IMG/VR virus record: IMGVR_UViG_3300044998_001139
Span: 1 to 55,605 of that record
Direction: 5' to 3' (one strand)
Source of the DNA: a virus
Taxonomy: Duplodnaviria > Caudoviricetes
Length of the DNA: 55,605 nt
Made by a program: the position numbers and the translations under genes. This document shows positions 17,963-27,098 of this stretch, one piece after another (the stretch's first letter is position 1; the number at the start of each line of letters is the position of its first letter). The notes under the pieces were generated by a model. That model worked only from the letters and a program-made list of their open reading frames with translations. It was not told the origin of the DNA and did not search any database.

Positions 17963-19366
17963 TTGAACACCCTGCACGTCGAGTACCGCCAGGTCGAGGC
18001 GCTGATCCCCTACGCGCGCAACCCGCGCACGCATAGCGATGCGCAGATCGCCAAGATCGCCGCTTCCATCGCGGAGTTCGGCTTCACCAACCCGATCCTG
18101 GTCGATGGCGCAAGCGGCGTCATCGCCGGGCATGGGCGCTTGGCCGCGGCGCGCCGGCTCGGGCTCGAGCAGGTGCCGGTGATCGAACTCGCGCACCTCA
18201 CTCCGGCGCAAAAGCGCGCTCTCGTTCTGGCGGACAACCGCCTGGCGCTCGATGCGGGCTGGGATGAGGAACTGCTGGCGCTGGAACTGGCCGAACTCGC
18301 CGAGGCCGGCTACGACCTGGCGCTCACCGGGTTCGACGGATCCGAGATCGAAGCGATGCTCGCCGAGGCGGCAGTCGATGCCGCGCAGGAACCCGCGACC
18401 GAGGAGACGGACACCGCCGACGACGTGCCCGAGGCCCCGACTGTGCCGGTTGCCCGCACCGGCGACCTCTGGGTGCTCGGCCAGCACCGCCTCATCTGCG
18501 GCGATGCCACCGACCGGAGCGTGGTGGCCGCGCTGATGCAGGGCGAAACGGCTGCCTTGTGCTTCACCTCGCCGCCCTACGGCAACCAGCGCGACTACAC
18601 CACCGGCGGCATTGCCGATTGGGACGGCCTGATGCGTGGCGTCTTCGCCCATCTGCCCATGGCCGAAAGCGGTCAGGTGCTGGTCAACTTGGGCCTGATC
18701 CACCGCGACAACGAAGTGATCCCGTACTGGGACGGGTGGATGGCCTGGATGCGCCAGCAAGGCTGGCGGCGCTTCGCGTGGTACGTCTGGGATCAAGGTC
18801 CGGGGATGCCCGGCGACTGGCAGGGGCGGCTGGCGCCTGCCTTCGAGTTCGTCTTTCACTTCAACCGAGAAAGCCGCAAACCGAACAAGATCGTGCCGTG
18901 CAAGTTCGCCGGGCAAGAGACCCACCTGCGCGCCGATGGATCATCGACGGCGATGCGCGGCAAAGACGGCGAAGTGGGCGGCTGGACCCATGCCGGCCAG
19001 CCCACGCAGGACACTCGCATCCCCGACTCGGTGATTCGCCTGATGCGCCACAAGGGCAGGATCGGCCAGGGCATCGACCACCCGGCGGTGTTCCCGGTGG
19101 CGTTGCCGCAGTTCGTGATCGAGGCCTACACGGATCCCGGCGATCTCGTGTTCGAACCCTTCGGCGGCAGCGGCACGACCATGCTGGCCGCCGAGCGCAC
19201 CGGCCGGATCTGCCGCAGCGTGGAGATCGCGCCGGAGTACGTGGACGTGGCCATCGAGCGCTTCCGGCAGAACCACCCTGGCGTGCCGGTGACGCTGGCC
19301 GCCACCGGCCAATCCTTCGAGGAGGTGGCGACCGAGCGGCGGGCAACGGAGGGCGTTGCGGCATGA
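17963..19366 (+). CDS. ParB-like domain + beta-class DNA methyltransferase (SPPY, probably N4-C)
   Basis: IPYARNPRTH, IAGHGRL, ADNRL; TSPPY; HPAVFP; EPFGGSGTT. Likely TTG start. Confidence 0.88.
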   Translation: MNTLHVEYRQVEALIPYARNPRTHSDAQIAKIAASIAEFGFTNPILVDGASGVIAGHGRLAAARRLGLEQVPVIELAHLTPAQKRALVLADNRLALDAGWDEELLALELAELAEAGYDLALTGFDGSEIEAMLAEAAVDAAQEPATEETDTADDVPEAPTVPVARTGDLWVLGQHRLICGDATDRSVVAALMQGETAALCFTSPPYGNQRDYTTGGIADWDGLMRGVFAHLPMAESGQVLVNLGLIHRDNEVIPYWDGWMAWMRQQGWRRFAWYVWDQGPGMPGDWQGRLAPAFEFVFHFNRESRKPNKIVPCKFAGQETHLRADGSSTAMRGKDGEVGGWTHAGQPTQDTRIPDSVIRLMRHKGRIGQGIDHPAVFPVALPQFVIEAYTDPGDLVFEPFGGSGTTMLAAERTGRICRSVEIAPEYVDVAIERFRQNHPGVPVTLAATGQSFEEVATERRATEGVAA

Positions 19367-20625
19367 GTGCGTCGTGGCTGGCCGAGCGGATCGAGCACTG
19401 GCCGATCGCCAAGTTGCTGCCCTACGTCCGCAACGCCCGCACCCACTCCGAGGAGCAGGTGGCGCAGATCGCCGCCAGCATCGCGGAGTTCGGCTTCACC
19501 AACCCGATCCTGGTAGGCAGCGACGGGGTGATCGTCGCCGGACACGGGCGGCTGGCGGCCGCCCGCAAGCTCGGGCTGGAGCGGGTGCCGGTGGTCGTGC
19601 TCGACCATCTCACGCCGACCCAGCGCCGGGCGCTCGTGATCGCCGACAACCGCATCGCGGTGAACGCCGGCTGGGACGAGCAACTGCTGCGCATCGAGCT
19701 GCAAGACCTGCAGGCCGAGGGCTTCGATCTGGACCTGACCGGCTTCGACGCCGACGCGCTGGCCGAACTGCTCGCGGGCGACGAGCCAGAGCACATCGGC
19801 CAGACCGACGAGGACGCGGCACCCGAGGTGCCGGACACCCCGGTGTCCCGCCCTGGCGACGTTTGGGTCTGTGGGCATCATCGGGTGCTCTGCGGTGATG
19901 CCACCGAGCCGCAAGCCTACGCCACGGTGCTGGGCGACGAGATCGCGGACATGGTCTTCACCGACCCGCCGTACAACGTGAACTACGCGAACTCAGCGAA
20001 AGACAAGCTGCGCGGCAAGGACCGCGCCATCCTCAACGACAACCTGGGAGATGGCTTCCGCGACTTCCTGCTGGCGGCCTTGAGGCCCACCATCGCCCAC
20101 TGTCGAGGGGCGATCTACGTGGCCATATCCTCCAGCGAGCTGGATGTGCTGCAATCGGCCTTCCGGGCTGCCGGCGGCCACTGGTCCACCTTCATCATCT
20201 GGGCCAAGCACACCTTCACGCTGGGCCGCTCCGACTACCAGCGCCAGTACGAGCCGATCCTCTACGGCTGGCCGGAAGGAGCGAATCGCCACTGGTGCGG
20301 CGACCGCGACCAGAGCGACGTGTGGCACTTCAACAAGCCGCAGAAGAACGACCTGCACCCGACGATGAAGCCGGTGGAGTTGGTCGAGCGGGCGATCCGC
20401 AACTCCAGCCGCCCGGGGAATGTCGTGCTCGATCCGTTCGGAGGCTCGGGCACCACGCTGATCGCAGCAGAAAAGTCCGGCCGCATCGCGCGGCTGATCG
20501 AGCTCGATCCCAAGTACGTGGATGTGATCGTGCGCCGCTGGCAGGACTGGACGGGCCAGCAGGCCACCCGCGAGGCGGATGGCGTGGCGTTCGATCAGGC
20601 GGCGTCCTGCTCGATGATCCTGTAG
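19363..20625 (+). CDS. ParB-like domain + beta-class DNA methyltransferase (DPPY, probably N6-A)
   Basis: VAGHGRL; TDPPYNV; HPTMKP; DPFGGSGTT; ATGA overlap. Confidence 0.9.
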   Translation: MSASWLAERIEHWPIAKLLPYVRNARTHSEEQVAQIAASIAEFGFTNPILVGSDGVIVAGHGRLAAARKLGLERVPVVVLDHLTPTQRRALVIADNRIAVNAGWDEQLLRIELQDLQAEGFDLDLTGFDADALAELLAGDEPEHIGQTDEDAAPEVPDTPVSRPGDVWVCGHHRVLCGDATEPQAYATVLGDEIADMVFTDPPYNVNYANSAKDKLRGKDRAILNDNLGDGFRDFLLAALRPTIAHCRGAIYVAISSSELDVLQSAFRAAGGHWSTFIIWAKHTFTLGRSDYQRQYEPILYGWPEGANRHWCGDRDQSDVWHFNKPQKNDLHPTMKPVELVERAIRNSSRPGNVVLDPFGGSGTTLIAAEKSGRIARLIELDPKYVDVIVRRWQDWTGQQATREADGVAFDQAASCSMIL

Positions 20626-21188
20626 ACGCGCTCGCTGCCCTGGGGTTTCTCGGAGACGATGGTCAGGCCCAGCTTCTTCTTCAGCGCCCCGGCCAGGGCG
20701 CCGCGCACGGTGTGCGCCTGCCAGCTGGTGGCTTCCATGATCTGGCGGATCGTGGCGCCCCCAGGACGCCGCAGCATCGCGATCACCTGCGCCTGCTTGC
20801 TGTCGGCACGGGTGCGACGCGGCGCATCGTCCTTGGCCTGCGTCCACGTGGCTTCGGCAGCAGTCACGGCCGCCTTCAGTTCGGGATCGCTCGCGGCGGT
20901 TGCTTGCTCCGCGTTGGCGATGATCCGATCGAGCTGGGCTTCGAACGAGCCCACGCGCGGTGTCTTCGCGCCCGGGCGTGGCAGCCCCAGGACGGCGTAG
21001 CCCTCGGCGGCGACGAACCAGTCGATCCCCGCGGGGGCGATCAGGGCACGGTTGGCAAGGCCTTCCAGCACCTTCTGGCGCGCGCCGCCCTTGATGTGCT
21101 CGGGGAACCAGTCGATCTTGCCGCCGCTGTGCTCGATGGCGTAGGCCAGGATGGCGTGCTGGGTGGGTGTCAGGGCGATGGTGGTCAT
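20595..21188 (-). CDS. DUF3489 domain protein
   Basis: SKQAQVIAMLRRPGGATI..WQAHTVRGALAGALKKKLGL..RVYRI; RBS AGGAG. Confidence 0.85.
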   Translation of the reverse strand: MTTIALTPTQHAILAYAIEHSGGKIDWFPEHIKGGARQKVLEGLANRALIAPAGIDWFVAAEGYAVLGLPRPGAKTPRVGSFEAQLDRIIANAEQATAASDPELKAAVTAAEATWTQAKDDAPRRTRADSKQAQVIAMLRRPGGATIRQIMEATSWQAHTVRGALAGALKKKLGLTIVSEKPQGSERVYRIIEQDAA

Positions 21189-21284
21189 GGGCTTGCTCCT
21201 TCGCAGGGGTGGATCGGGTGACGGGATGAACGCGCTGTTCGGGGCCCAAGCCAAGCGTTTCGGCTTGGCATGGGCCTTTCGCAA

Positions 21285-21482
21285 TCAGCGGTTGGCCTCA
21301 TCCGGCGACTTGGCACGGCGACCTTGTTCGAGTCCCGCGCTGAAGGCCGCCTCCAGCGCGGCGCGGATGTTCCACACCGCCAGGTCGTGGAAATCCAGGC
21401 TGTCCGAGTGGCGGGTTTGCAAGGTCTCGATGCCGAGATGCTGCTGGGCGATCTGGGTCAGGAGGGCGTCGATGGGGCGCAT
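21285..21482 (-). CDS. DUF6900-like small protein
   Basis: IAQQHLGIETLQTRHSDSLDFHDLAVW..ALEAAF. Confidence 0.75.
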   Translation of the reverse strand: MRPIDALLTQIAQQHLGIETLQTRHSDSLDFHDLAVWNIRAALEAAFSAGLEQGRRAKSPDEANR

Positions 21483-21575
21483 GGTGGGTTCCTTTCGGGG
21501 GTGGTTGGCGCGATGGAATGAACGCGCTGTTCGGCAGTGAAGCCAAGCGCTTTCTGCTTGGCTTCACGCGGTGAG

Positions 21576-21842
21576 TCAGGCCTTGCGCAGCACCGCGATG
21601 CCGGCTTGCGCGAGTTCCAAGGCCGCGGCATGGAACGCCATCTCGCCGATCCAGGGGGCGGCGCGGGCGTCGTCGAGCAACTGGTCGATGACCGGCCTGG
21701 CCTTGGCGCGCATCGCCGCACAGGCGGCCTCCAGGTCGTCGCGGCTGGCGGCCGCCACCTCGGTGCGGCAGCTGCGCACCAGGACGGTCAGCGCCGCTTC
21801 GGCCAGCTTCGTGGCCAGGGTATCGAGAGTGTTGGCGTTCAT
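21576..21842 (-). CDS. Small hypothetical protein (MNANTLDTLATKL...)
   Basis: RBS AAAGGA; preceded by the same 31-bp motif as its two neighbours. Confidence 0.65.
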   Translation of the reverse strand: MNANTLDTLATKLAEAALTVLVRSCRTEVAAASRDDLEAACAAMRAKARPVIDQLLDDARAAPWIGEMAFHAAALELAQAGIAVLRKA

Positions 21843-21950
21843 CGGGGATCCTTTCGATGGTGGGTTGGCGTGACGTGATGAACGCGCTGTGGCCGAGGAA
21901 AGCCAAGCTCGATCTGCAAAGAAACGAACAGATGTTGGAAGACGGCGACG

Positions 21951-22496
21951 ATGGGACTGTCGATACGCGCCTACGCGCGCCACCGGGGCGTGTCGCACGT
22001 GGCCGTGAAAAAGGCCATCGACACCGGGCGCATCACGCCGCTTGCCGACGGCACGATCGACCCCGAGACGGCCGACGCGCAGTGGGCGCGCAACACCGTG
22101 CAGCCGCGCCGCGCCCCTGAGCAAAACATCCCGACCTCTCCGAGAGGGCAGGCCCGGCCCGAGCGCCAGATCCCCGACCCCGTCCCCCCGCCGTTGCCCA
22201 GCGGCGGCACGTCGCTGCTGCAGGCGCGCACGGTCAACGAGGTGCTCAAGGCCCAGCTCCACAAGGTCGAGCTGGCGCAGCGCAAGGGCGAGCTCGTCGA
22301 CCGCGCGCAGGCGGTGGCGCATGTGTTCAAGCTCGCGCGCACCGAGCGCGACGCGTGGCTGAACTGGCCGGCGCGCATCTCGGCGCAGATGGCCGCACGG
22401 CTTGGCGTCGAGCCCCACGCGCTGCACGTGGCGCTCGATGCGGCCGTGCGCGAGCACCTGCAGGAACTGGGCGAACTGCGGCCACGCGTGGACTGA
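21951..22496 (+). CDS. Probable terminase small subunit (Nu1-like)
   Basis: N-terminal HTH SIRAYARHRGVSHVAVKKAI; coiled coil with KGELVDR; directly before terL. Confidence 0.75.
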   Translation: MGLSIRAYARHRGVSHVAVKKAIDTGRITPLADGTIDPETADAQWARNTVQPRRAPEQNIPTSPRGQARPERQIPDPVPPPLPSGGTSLLQARTVNEVLKAQLHKVELAQRKGELVDRAQAVAHVFKLARTERDAWLNWPARISAQMAARLGVEPHALHVALDAAVREHLQELGELRPRVD

Positions 22497-22498
22497 CG

Positions 22499-24460
22499 AT
22501 GATCGACTACGACGGCGCCGACGCGATCGAGCGCGCCTGGCGCGAAGGACTCACCCCCGATCCGCCGCTGACCGTCTCCGAGTGGGCCGACCGCCACCGG
22601 GTGCTGTCCAGCAAGGCCTCGAGCGAGCCGGGGCGCTGGCGCACGAGCCGCACGCCTTACTTGCGCGAGATCATGGATTGCCTGTCGCCCAGCTCGCCCA
22701 TCGAGCGGGTGGTGTTCATGAAGGCCGCGCAGCTGGGCGCCACCGAAATGGGCAGCAACTGGATCGGCTACGTGATCCACCACGCACCCGGGCCGATGAT
22801 GGCGGTATGGCCCACGGTGGAGATGGCCAAGCGCGCCTCCAAGCAGCGCATCGACCCGCTGATCGAGGAGTCGCCGGTGCTCTCCGAACTCATCGCCCCG
22901 GCGAGGAGCCGGGATTCGGGCAACACGATCCTGGCCAAGGAGTTTCGCGGCGGTGTGCTGGTGATGACCGGCGCCAACAGCGCGGTGGGCCTGCGCTCGA
23001 TGCCGGTGCGCTATCTCTTCCTCGACGAGGTGGACGGCTATCCGCTCGACGTCGAAGGAGAAGGCGATGCGATCTCGCTGGCGGAAGCCCGCACCCGCAC
23101 CTTCGCGCGGCGCAAGATCTTCATCGTCTCGACGCCCACCATCGCGGGGGCCTCGGCCATCGAACGCGAGTACGAGGCCAGCGACCAGCGCCGCTACTTC
23201 GTGCCCTGTCCGCACTGCGGCCACCGGCAATGGTTGCGTTTCGATCGGCTGCGCTGGGAGAAGGGCCGCCCGGAGACGGCGGCCTACGTCTGCGAATCCT
23301 GCGAGGCGCCCATTGCCGAGCACCACAAGACCTGGATGCTCGAGCACGGCCAGTGGCGCGCGACGGCGCAGGGCAAGACGGCGGGCTTTCACCTCTCGTC
23401 GCTGTACAGCCCGCTGGGCTGGCGCACCTGGCGCGACATCGCCGCGGCCTGGGAGGCGGCGATCGGCAAGGAAACCGGGTCGAGCGCCGCGATCAAGACC
23501 TTCAAGAACACCGAACTGGGTGAGACCTGGGTCGAGGAAGGCGAGGCGCCGGATTGGCAGCGCCTGCTCGAGCGCCGGGAGGACTACCCTCTGGGCCGGG
23601 TGCCGGCGGGCGGCCTGCTGCTGGTGGGCGGCGCCGACGTGCAGAAGGATCGCATCGAGGCCTCGATCTGGGCCTTCGGGCGTGGCAAGGAGGCCTGGCT
23701 CATCGAGCACCGGGTGCTGATGGGCGATACGGCCCGCGATGCGGTGTGGCAGCGCCTGGCCGAGCTGGTCGCCGAGACCTGGACCCACGCCTCGGGCGCC
23801 GCGATGCCGCTGGCCCGCTTCGCGCTGGATACCGGCTTTGCGACCCAGGAGGCCTACGCCTTCGTGCGCGCCTGCCGCGATGCGCGCGTGATGGCGGTCA
23901 AGGGGGTGTCGCGCGGAGCAGCCCTGATTGGCACGCCCACCGCGGTGGACGTCTCGCTCGCCGGCAAGAAGCTGCGCCGGGGCATCAAGGTGTATTCGGT
24001 GGCGGTAGGGCTGGCCAAGCTGGAGCTCTACAACAACCTGCGGAAGATGCCTGAGGTGGCCGAGGACGGCGCGACCCCGGTCTATCCGGCCGGATACGTC
24101 CACCTGCCCAAGATCGACGCCGAGTTCATCCAGCAGCTGTGCGCCGAGCAACTCGTCACCCGCCGCGACCGCAACGGCTACCCGGTGCGCGAGTGGCAGA
24201 AGATGCGCGAGCGCAACGAAGCCTTGGACTGCTACGTGTATGCCCGCGCGGCGGCCAGTGCCGCGGGGCTGGATCGTTTCGAGGAACGCCACTGGCGCGA
24301 ACTGGAGCGGCAACTGGGGCTGCCGCCGCCCGGCGAGTCCATGCCGTCGAACGAAATGCCCATCGAACGACCTCCCGAGGCCACCAATCGAGGTGGCATC
24401 AAGGTTTCTGCAACCCGCCACCCCGGCCGGCGTGTGATCCGCAGCCCCTGGCTGCGCTGA
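22499..24460 (+). CDS. Terminase large subunit, lambda GpA family
   Basis: TVSEWAD, MKAAQLGATE, LFLDEVDGYP, STPT, CPHC, GADVQKDR, RNEALDC. Confidence 0.93.
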   Translation: MIDYDGADAIERAWREGLTPDPPLTVSEWADRHRVLSSKASSEPGRWRTSRTPYLREIMDCLSPSSPIERVVFMKAAQLGATEMGSNWIGYVIHHAPGPMMAVWPTVEMAKRASKQRIDPLIEESPVLSELIAPARSRDSGNTILAKEFRGGVLVMTGANSAVGLRSMPVRYLFLDEVDGYPLDVEGEGDAISLAEARTRTFARRKIFIVSTPTIAGASAIEREYEASDQRRYFVPCPHCGHRQWLRFDRLRWEKGRPETAAYVCESCEAPIAEHHKTWMLEHGQWRATAQGKTAGFHLSSLYSPLGWRTWRDIAAAWEAAIGKETGSSAAIKTFKNTELGETWVEEGEAPDWQRLLERREDYPLGRVPAGGLLLVGGADVQKDRIEASIWAFGRGKEAWLIEHRVLMGDTARDAVWQRLAELVAETWTHASGAAMPLARFALDTGFATQEAYAFVRACRDARVMAVKGVSRGAALIGTPTAVDVSLAGKKLRRGIKVYSVAVGLAKLELYNNLRKMPEVAEDGATPVYPAGYVHLPKIDAEFIQQLCAEQLVTRRDRNGYPVREWQKMRERNEALDCYVYARAAASAAGLDRFEERHWRELERQLGLPPPGESMPSNEMPIERPPEATNRGGIKVSATRHPGRRVIRSPWLR

Positions 24461-24496
24461 TTCCCGCCGGCCGATCTGACGCCGCAAGGAGAACCC

Positions 24497-24988
24497 ATGA
24501 GTCTGGCCACCCGCCTCGAAAGCCTGGTCATCCGCGTCGCGCAGGAGTTCAACGACGTCCGCGCCAAGGCCGGGAATCTCGCCAACCTCACCACCACCGA
24601 CAAATCCAGCCTGGTGGCGGCCATCAACGAGCTCAAGGCCGCGGTGCTGGCATCGGGCGCGATCGACGACAGCCAGGTCGCCACCACCAGCACCTATTCG
24701 TCGAGCAAGATCGTCACGCTGCTCGATGCGCTCAAGGCCGAGATCCTGGGCGGCGCGGACGCCGCCTACGACACCTTGCTGGAGATCCAGCAGCTGCTGC
24801 AAAACGGCACCAGCGGCCTGGATGCCTTACTGGCGGCGGTCAACAACCGGGTGCGCTTCGACGCGGCGCAAACGCTGACCGCGGCCGAAGCCGCGCAGGC
24901 GCGCAGCAACATCGGCGCGGTGGCCGCCAGCGAGGTGGGCGACACCGACACCGACTTCGTCGCCGTGTTCGAAGGGGCGCTGCTCTGA
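24497..24988 (+). CDS. Putative fibre-like structural protein
   Basis: LTTTDKSSLVAAINEL, AYDTLLEI and AQARSNIGA resemble fibre coiled segments. Confidence 0.55.
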   Translation: MSLATRLESLVIRVAQEFNDVRAKAGNLANLTTTDKSSLVAAINELKAAVLASGAIDDSQVATTSTYSSSKIVTLLDALKAEILGGADAAYDTLLEIQQLLQNGTSGLDALLAAVNNRVRFDAAQTLTAAEAAQARSNIGAVAASEVGDTDTDFVAVFEGALL

Positions 24989-25380
24989 TGAGCCTGGCCG
25001 CGCGCATCGCCGCCTTGGCCAGCCGCATTGGGATCGAGGTCCAGACCAAGATCGATGCCGGCCATCCGGGGCTGGCGCGGGCCTGGGTGTGCTTCGGTTG
25101 GGTCGGCAACCAGATCGTCGTGCGCGCCGCGCACAACGTGGCCGCGGTGACCCGCACCGCAGCCGGCCGCTACCGCGTGAGCTTTGCCACACCGATGCCG
25201 GATGCGAACTACTGCTGGGTGGGTGTGGCCCGCAGCAACACCAACACGGGCACGCAGCGGCTGCTGATCGTGCGCTCGACCTTGGATGAGAAGACGCCGA
25301 CGCACGTCGATGTGGGCTGCGCGACCACCGCGGCGTCCTTCGCCGACTCCACCGAAATCAACCTCGTGGTCTACCGCTGA
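24988..25380 (+). CDS. Putative fibre tip/beta-sandwich protein
   Basis: ARAWVCFG..RAAHNVAAVTRTAAGRYRVSFATPMPDANY; TGATG coupling. Confidence 0.55.
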   Translation: MSLAARIAALASRIGIEVQTKIDAGHPGLARAWVCFGWVGNQIVVRAAHNVAAVTRTAAGRYRVSFATPMPDANYCWVGVARSNTNTGTQRLLIVRSTLDEKTPTHVDVGCATTAASFADSTEINLVVYR

Positions 25381-25601
25381 TGGCCTATACCCAAGCCCAT
25401 CTCGAAGCCTTGGAAGCGGCGCTGGCCAAAGGCGAAAAACGCGTGACCTTCGGCGACAAGACCGTCGAGTACCGCAGTGTCGAGGAACTGCAGGCTGCGA
25501 TCGCGGCGGTCAAGCGCGACCTGTTCGAGCAGGCGGCTGCCACGGGACTGTGGCCCGGCGCGCCGCGGCAGATCCGCATCACCACGAGCAAGGGGTTCTG
25601 A
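25380..25601 (+). CDS. gpW-like head-tail joining protein
   Basis: LEAALAKGEKRVTFGDKTVEYRSVEEL; precedes the portal. Confidence 0.8.
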   Translation: MAYTQAHLEALEAALAKGEKRVTFGDKTVEYRSVEELQAAIAAVKRDLFEQAAATGLWPGAPRQIRITTSKGF

Positions 25602-27088
25602 TGGCCTGGTACGCGAAGATCCGCAGTCTGTTTGGCGGGCCGCCGGTGCACGAGGCCGCCGGCCGTGGCCGTCGCTCCTTGGCGTGGATGCCCGGTAACC
25701 CCGGCGCGGTGGCGGCGATGCTGGCCACGAGCGCCGAACTGCGCACCAAGAGCCGCGACCTGGTGCGGCGCAACGCCTGGGCCAATGCCGGTATCGAGGC
25801 GTTCGTCGCCAACGCGGTGGGCACTGGCATCAAACCGCAGTCGATGGCCGAGGATGAAGCCTTCCGCGCCGACGTGCAGGCACTGTGGCGCGACTGGACG
25901 GAGGTGGCCGACACCACCGGGCAGACCGACTTCTACGGCCTGCAGGCGCTCGCCTGCCGGGCCATGCTCGAGGGGGGCGAGTGCCTGATTCGCCTGCGCT
26001 GGCGGCGTCCTGAGGACGGCCTGATCGTGCCGCTGCAATTGCAGCTTCTCGAAGCCGAGCATCTGCCGCTGCATCTCAACACGGAGCTGCCCTCGGGCAA
26101 CGTCGTGCGCGCCGGCATCGAGTTCGACAGCCTGGGGCGGCGCGTGGCCTACCACCTGTATCGCTCCCACCCCGAAGATGGGCGGCTTGCGCCCATGTCG
26201 GGCCAGGGCGGGCAGGAGACGGTGCGAGTTCCGGCAACCGAGATCATGCACCTCTACCGGGTGCTGCGCCCTGGCCAGATCCGCGGCGAGCCGTGGCTCG
26301 CGCGCGCGCTGGTCAAGCTCAACGAGCTGGACCAGTACGACGACGCCGAACTCGTGCGCAAGAAAACCGCGGCCATGTTCGCCGGCTTCATCACGCGGCT
26401 TGCTCCCGAGGACAACCTGATGGGCGAAGGCGTGGCCAACGATGCCGGCATCGCGCTGGCGGGGATGGAGCCTGGAACCTTGCAGATTCTGGAGCCGGGC
26501 GAGGACGTGAAGTTCTCCGATCCGGCCGACGTGGGCGGCAGCTACGGCGAATTCCTGCGCGCGCAGTTTCGCGCGGTCGCCGCGGCCATCGGCGTGACCT
26601 ACGAGCAATTGACCGGAGACCTCTCCGGCGTGAACTACTCCTCCATCCGTGCCGGGATGCTGGAATTCCGCCGCCGCATCGAGGCGATCCAGCACGGCGT
26701 GCTGGTGCACCAGTTGTGCCGCCCGGTGTGGAACGCCTGGCTCGATCAGGCCGTGCTGGCCGGCGGCCTCACGGCACCCGGCTACGCCCGGCGTCGGCGA
26801 GAGTACCTGGCCTGCAAATGGATTCCCCAGGGCTGGCAGTGGGTCGACCCCGAGAAAGAGTTCAAGGCGATGCTGCTGGCGATTCGGGCGGGCCTCATGA
26901 GCCGCTCGGAAGCGATCTCGGCCTTTGGCTACGACGCCGAGGATGTCGACCGCGAGATCGCCGCCGACAACCAGCGTGCCGATGACCTCGGCCTGATCTT
27001 CGACTCCGATCCGCGCCGCACGACCAAGGGCGGCGGCAGCGCCGAGTCCAACGCACAGGCCGCCGATAGCCCTGCGCCGGCCGCCTGA
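25601..27088 (+). CDS. Lambda-family portal protein
   Basis: SRDLVRRN, RPGQIRGEP, LTGDLSGVNYSSIRAG, WVDPEKE. Confidence 0.92.
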   Translation: MAWYAKIRSLFGGPPVHEAAGRGRRSLAWMPGNPGAVAAMLATSAELRTKSRDLVRRNAWANAGIEAFVANAVGTGIKPQSMAEDEAFRADVQALWRDWTEVADTTGQTDFYGLQALACRAMLEGGECLIRLRWRRPEDGLIVPLQLQLLEAEHLPLHLNTELPSGNVVRAGIEFDSLGRRVAYHLYRSHPEDGRLAPMSGQGGQETVRVPATEIMHLYRVLRPGQIRGEPWLARALVKLNELDQYDDAELVRKKTAAMFAGFITRLAPEDNLMGEGVANDAGIALAGMEPGTLQILEPGEDVKFSDPADVGGSYGEFLRAQFRAVAAAIGVTYEQLTGDLSGVNYSSIRAGMLEFRRRIEAIQHGVLVHQLCRPVWNAWLDQAVLAGGLTAPGYARRRREYLACKWIPQGWQWVDPEKEFKAMLLAIRAGLMSRSEAISAFGYDAEDVDREIAADNQRADDLGLIFDSDPRRTTKGGGSAESNAQAADSPAPAA

Positions 27089-27098
27089 AGGAACCCGC

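Larger units (their letters stand above)
21226..21908 (-). repeat. Three copies of a 31-bp promoter-like motif ATGAACGCGCTGT-N9-AAGCCAAGC
   Basis: Copies at 21226-21256, 21518-21548 and 21878-21908, each 35-37 nt upstream of a minus-strand start codon. Confidence 0.9.

Noticed and set aside
21226-21908. CRISPR array or integron attC sites
   Set aside because: Repeats are about 290-360 bp apart, separated by ORFs, have a variable 9-nt centre, and lack attC core sites and an integron integrase.
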